A stretch of 64,000 nucleotides of DNA from Azolla caroliniana (lineage: Eukaryota > Plantae > Polypodiophyta): NCBI GenBank assembly GCA_043228905.1, contig JBHGNT010000003.1:3472001-3536000 (forward strand), read 5' to 3'. Shown one piece after another: positions 62,851 to 64,000 of the stretch (within the stretch, counting starts at the first letter, position 1; each line of letters opens with the position of its first letter). Made by a program: the position numbers and the translations under genes. Under the pieces are notes generated by a model. That model ran no database searches and was not told the DNA's origin. It saw nothing but the letters and a program-made list of their open reading frames with translations.

Positions 62851-63316
62851 TGTCATAGACAAGATGCCACATGGAATGGTGGGGGTTGAACCCATGACCT
62901 TCTGGTCTTATTGGGCAACTTTACCGATTGAGCTACATCCATCTATGCATTATTGTATTGTGTAAGACTCAACTTATTTCATTATAGATTGATCACTAGA
63001 AATTTCAAGAACCTTCTAGAGAATGCATCTTCATGCACTCTCTAGAAGTCTTCTAGCTTTCATGCATACCTCCACATTCTTGTATAAATATTGGTGTGCA
63101 CCTTGATTACAATCAAGGTGAACAACACTAGTTACGAAAGCATATACAGTTCTTGTTTATTTGTCTATCCTCTCTCTTGCTTGTTCTCTTGTCTATGCTC
63201 TCTCTCCCGTTATCTCTTAATATTGAGCCTCGTCTACTTGTCCTTGACAATCTTGTGATCTTGCTTATGCTCTCGCTCTCTCTTAGTACTTAGCCTCATT
63301 CCACCCGTTCGTGACA
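62851..63316 (+). mobile_element. Solo LTR (466 bp, T2-like architecture) with an antisense tRNA-like cassette
   Basis: TGTCA...GTGACA; TSD gccat/gccac; TATAAATA at ~63084; TCTAGA repeats. The host LINE frame is restored on removal. Confidence 0.88.
62872..62941 (-). ncRNA. tRNA-like cassette inside an LTR (pseudo-tRNA)
   Basis: TGGATG-TAGCTCAATCGGTAAAG-TTGCCCAATAAGACCAG-AAGGTC-ATGGGTTCAACCCCCAC-CATTCCA: A box, B box, T stem and near-complementary acceptor ends. The anticodon stem does not pair. Confidence 0.75.
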
Positions 63317-64000
63317 GCCACCATCATCCATATCTCCTCAAAAAAATCAGAGTTTGTGCCAAGTCCAACTCCAGCACATTAAAACGCACTGCCACCCTGC
63401 ACTATAAAGCCATGACCATGGGGGTTTAACTGTCCCGCCCAACCTTCCCCTGTTAACATCAGCCCCTGGAAGGACCCCCATACAACTCTCCCATTCACAC
63501 TGCATGTTGCCACGATCTTGAGACTTCTACCCTAAATGCTAACGTCTCTGCGCAATTCCAAAAACAGTGAGGAATCAATTCCAAAGAGTGTCCACATATC
63601 TTGCAACCAACCTCCCCACCACAACACCTCAGCCACTCCCCCACAGGTACCGCCTTATGGCGAAGAAGCCACAACCAAAGCTTTATTTTTTTCGACATAT
63701 CGAACGCCCATAATCTCCTCCAAAATGACTTCAACAAGTGACATCAGTTATGCCCTTATCCCTCCAACTATTACCAGTTTGAGCAACGGCCATTGATTTG
63801 GAGTCAATGATTTGCCTTCCTAGCTTAGTATTATACTCGAAAAACCTTCCATACCTCTAGTGGATCCCACTCCAAATCACATAAGGGCTTGTAGTCAAAT
63901 ATCCAGCGTTTACAATCGGGTTCCAGCTTCCCAGGGTCCGGGTTTACTTGCCACTTTTGCCCTTCCAACACTGCAACCCCCATTGCCAACCACTAGCCAT

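Larger units (their letters stand above)
62470..64000 (-). mobile_element. Decayed L1/Tx1-like LINE 3' region, interrupted by a solo LTR
   Basis: KIKLWLWLL.H.AVPVG.WL...CKIC....E.IPHCFWNC, and EEIWMMVA|CLTSWHIW joined across the insert. Confidence 0.8.

Noticed and set aside
62872-62941. Functional tRNA gene
   Set aside because: The anticodon stem does not pair and the sequence is embedded in an LTR. Called a tRNA-like cassette instead.

Overview
AT-rich, intron-containing land-plant nuclear DNA, most likely a fern or other seed-free vascular plant (inferred from the PLS-type PPR debris and the transposon types). Three host genes can be assembled by hand: a 4-exon SET/MYND gene of the SDG41 type (minus strand, with a GC-AG first intron), a 2-exon MATE transporter of the DTX54/BIGE1 type (plus strand), and a short multi-exon TSPO/TspO-MBR gene (minus strand, last exon not found). 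The rest is PPR pseudogenes, tandem arrays (including a 159-bp satellite with a 3-mer higher-order repeat), two non-autonomous hAT-like families, and a 15.8-kb chromovirus (44481-60301). That chromovirus sits inside a LINE and is packed with nested LINEs, solo LTRs and two other Gypsy lineages. The most striking observation is that two unrelated LTR families (five copies) carry tRNA-like Pol III cassettes (A box, B box, partial cloverleaf) upstream of their TATA boxes, one family in sense and the other in antisense. This resembles Cassandra elements, but with tRNA in place of 5S. All alignments and splice models were done by eye; no searches were run.
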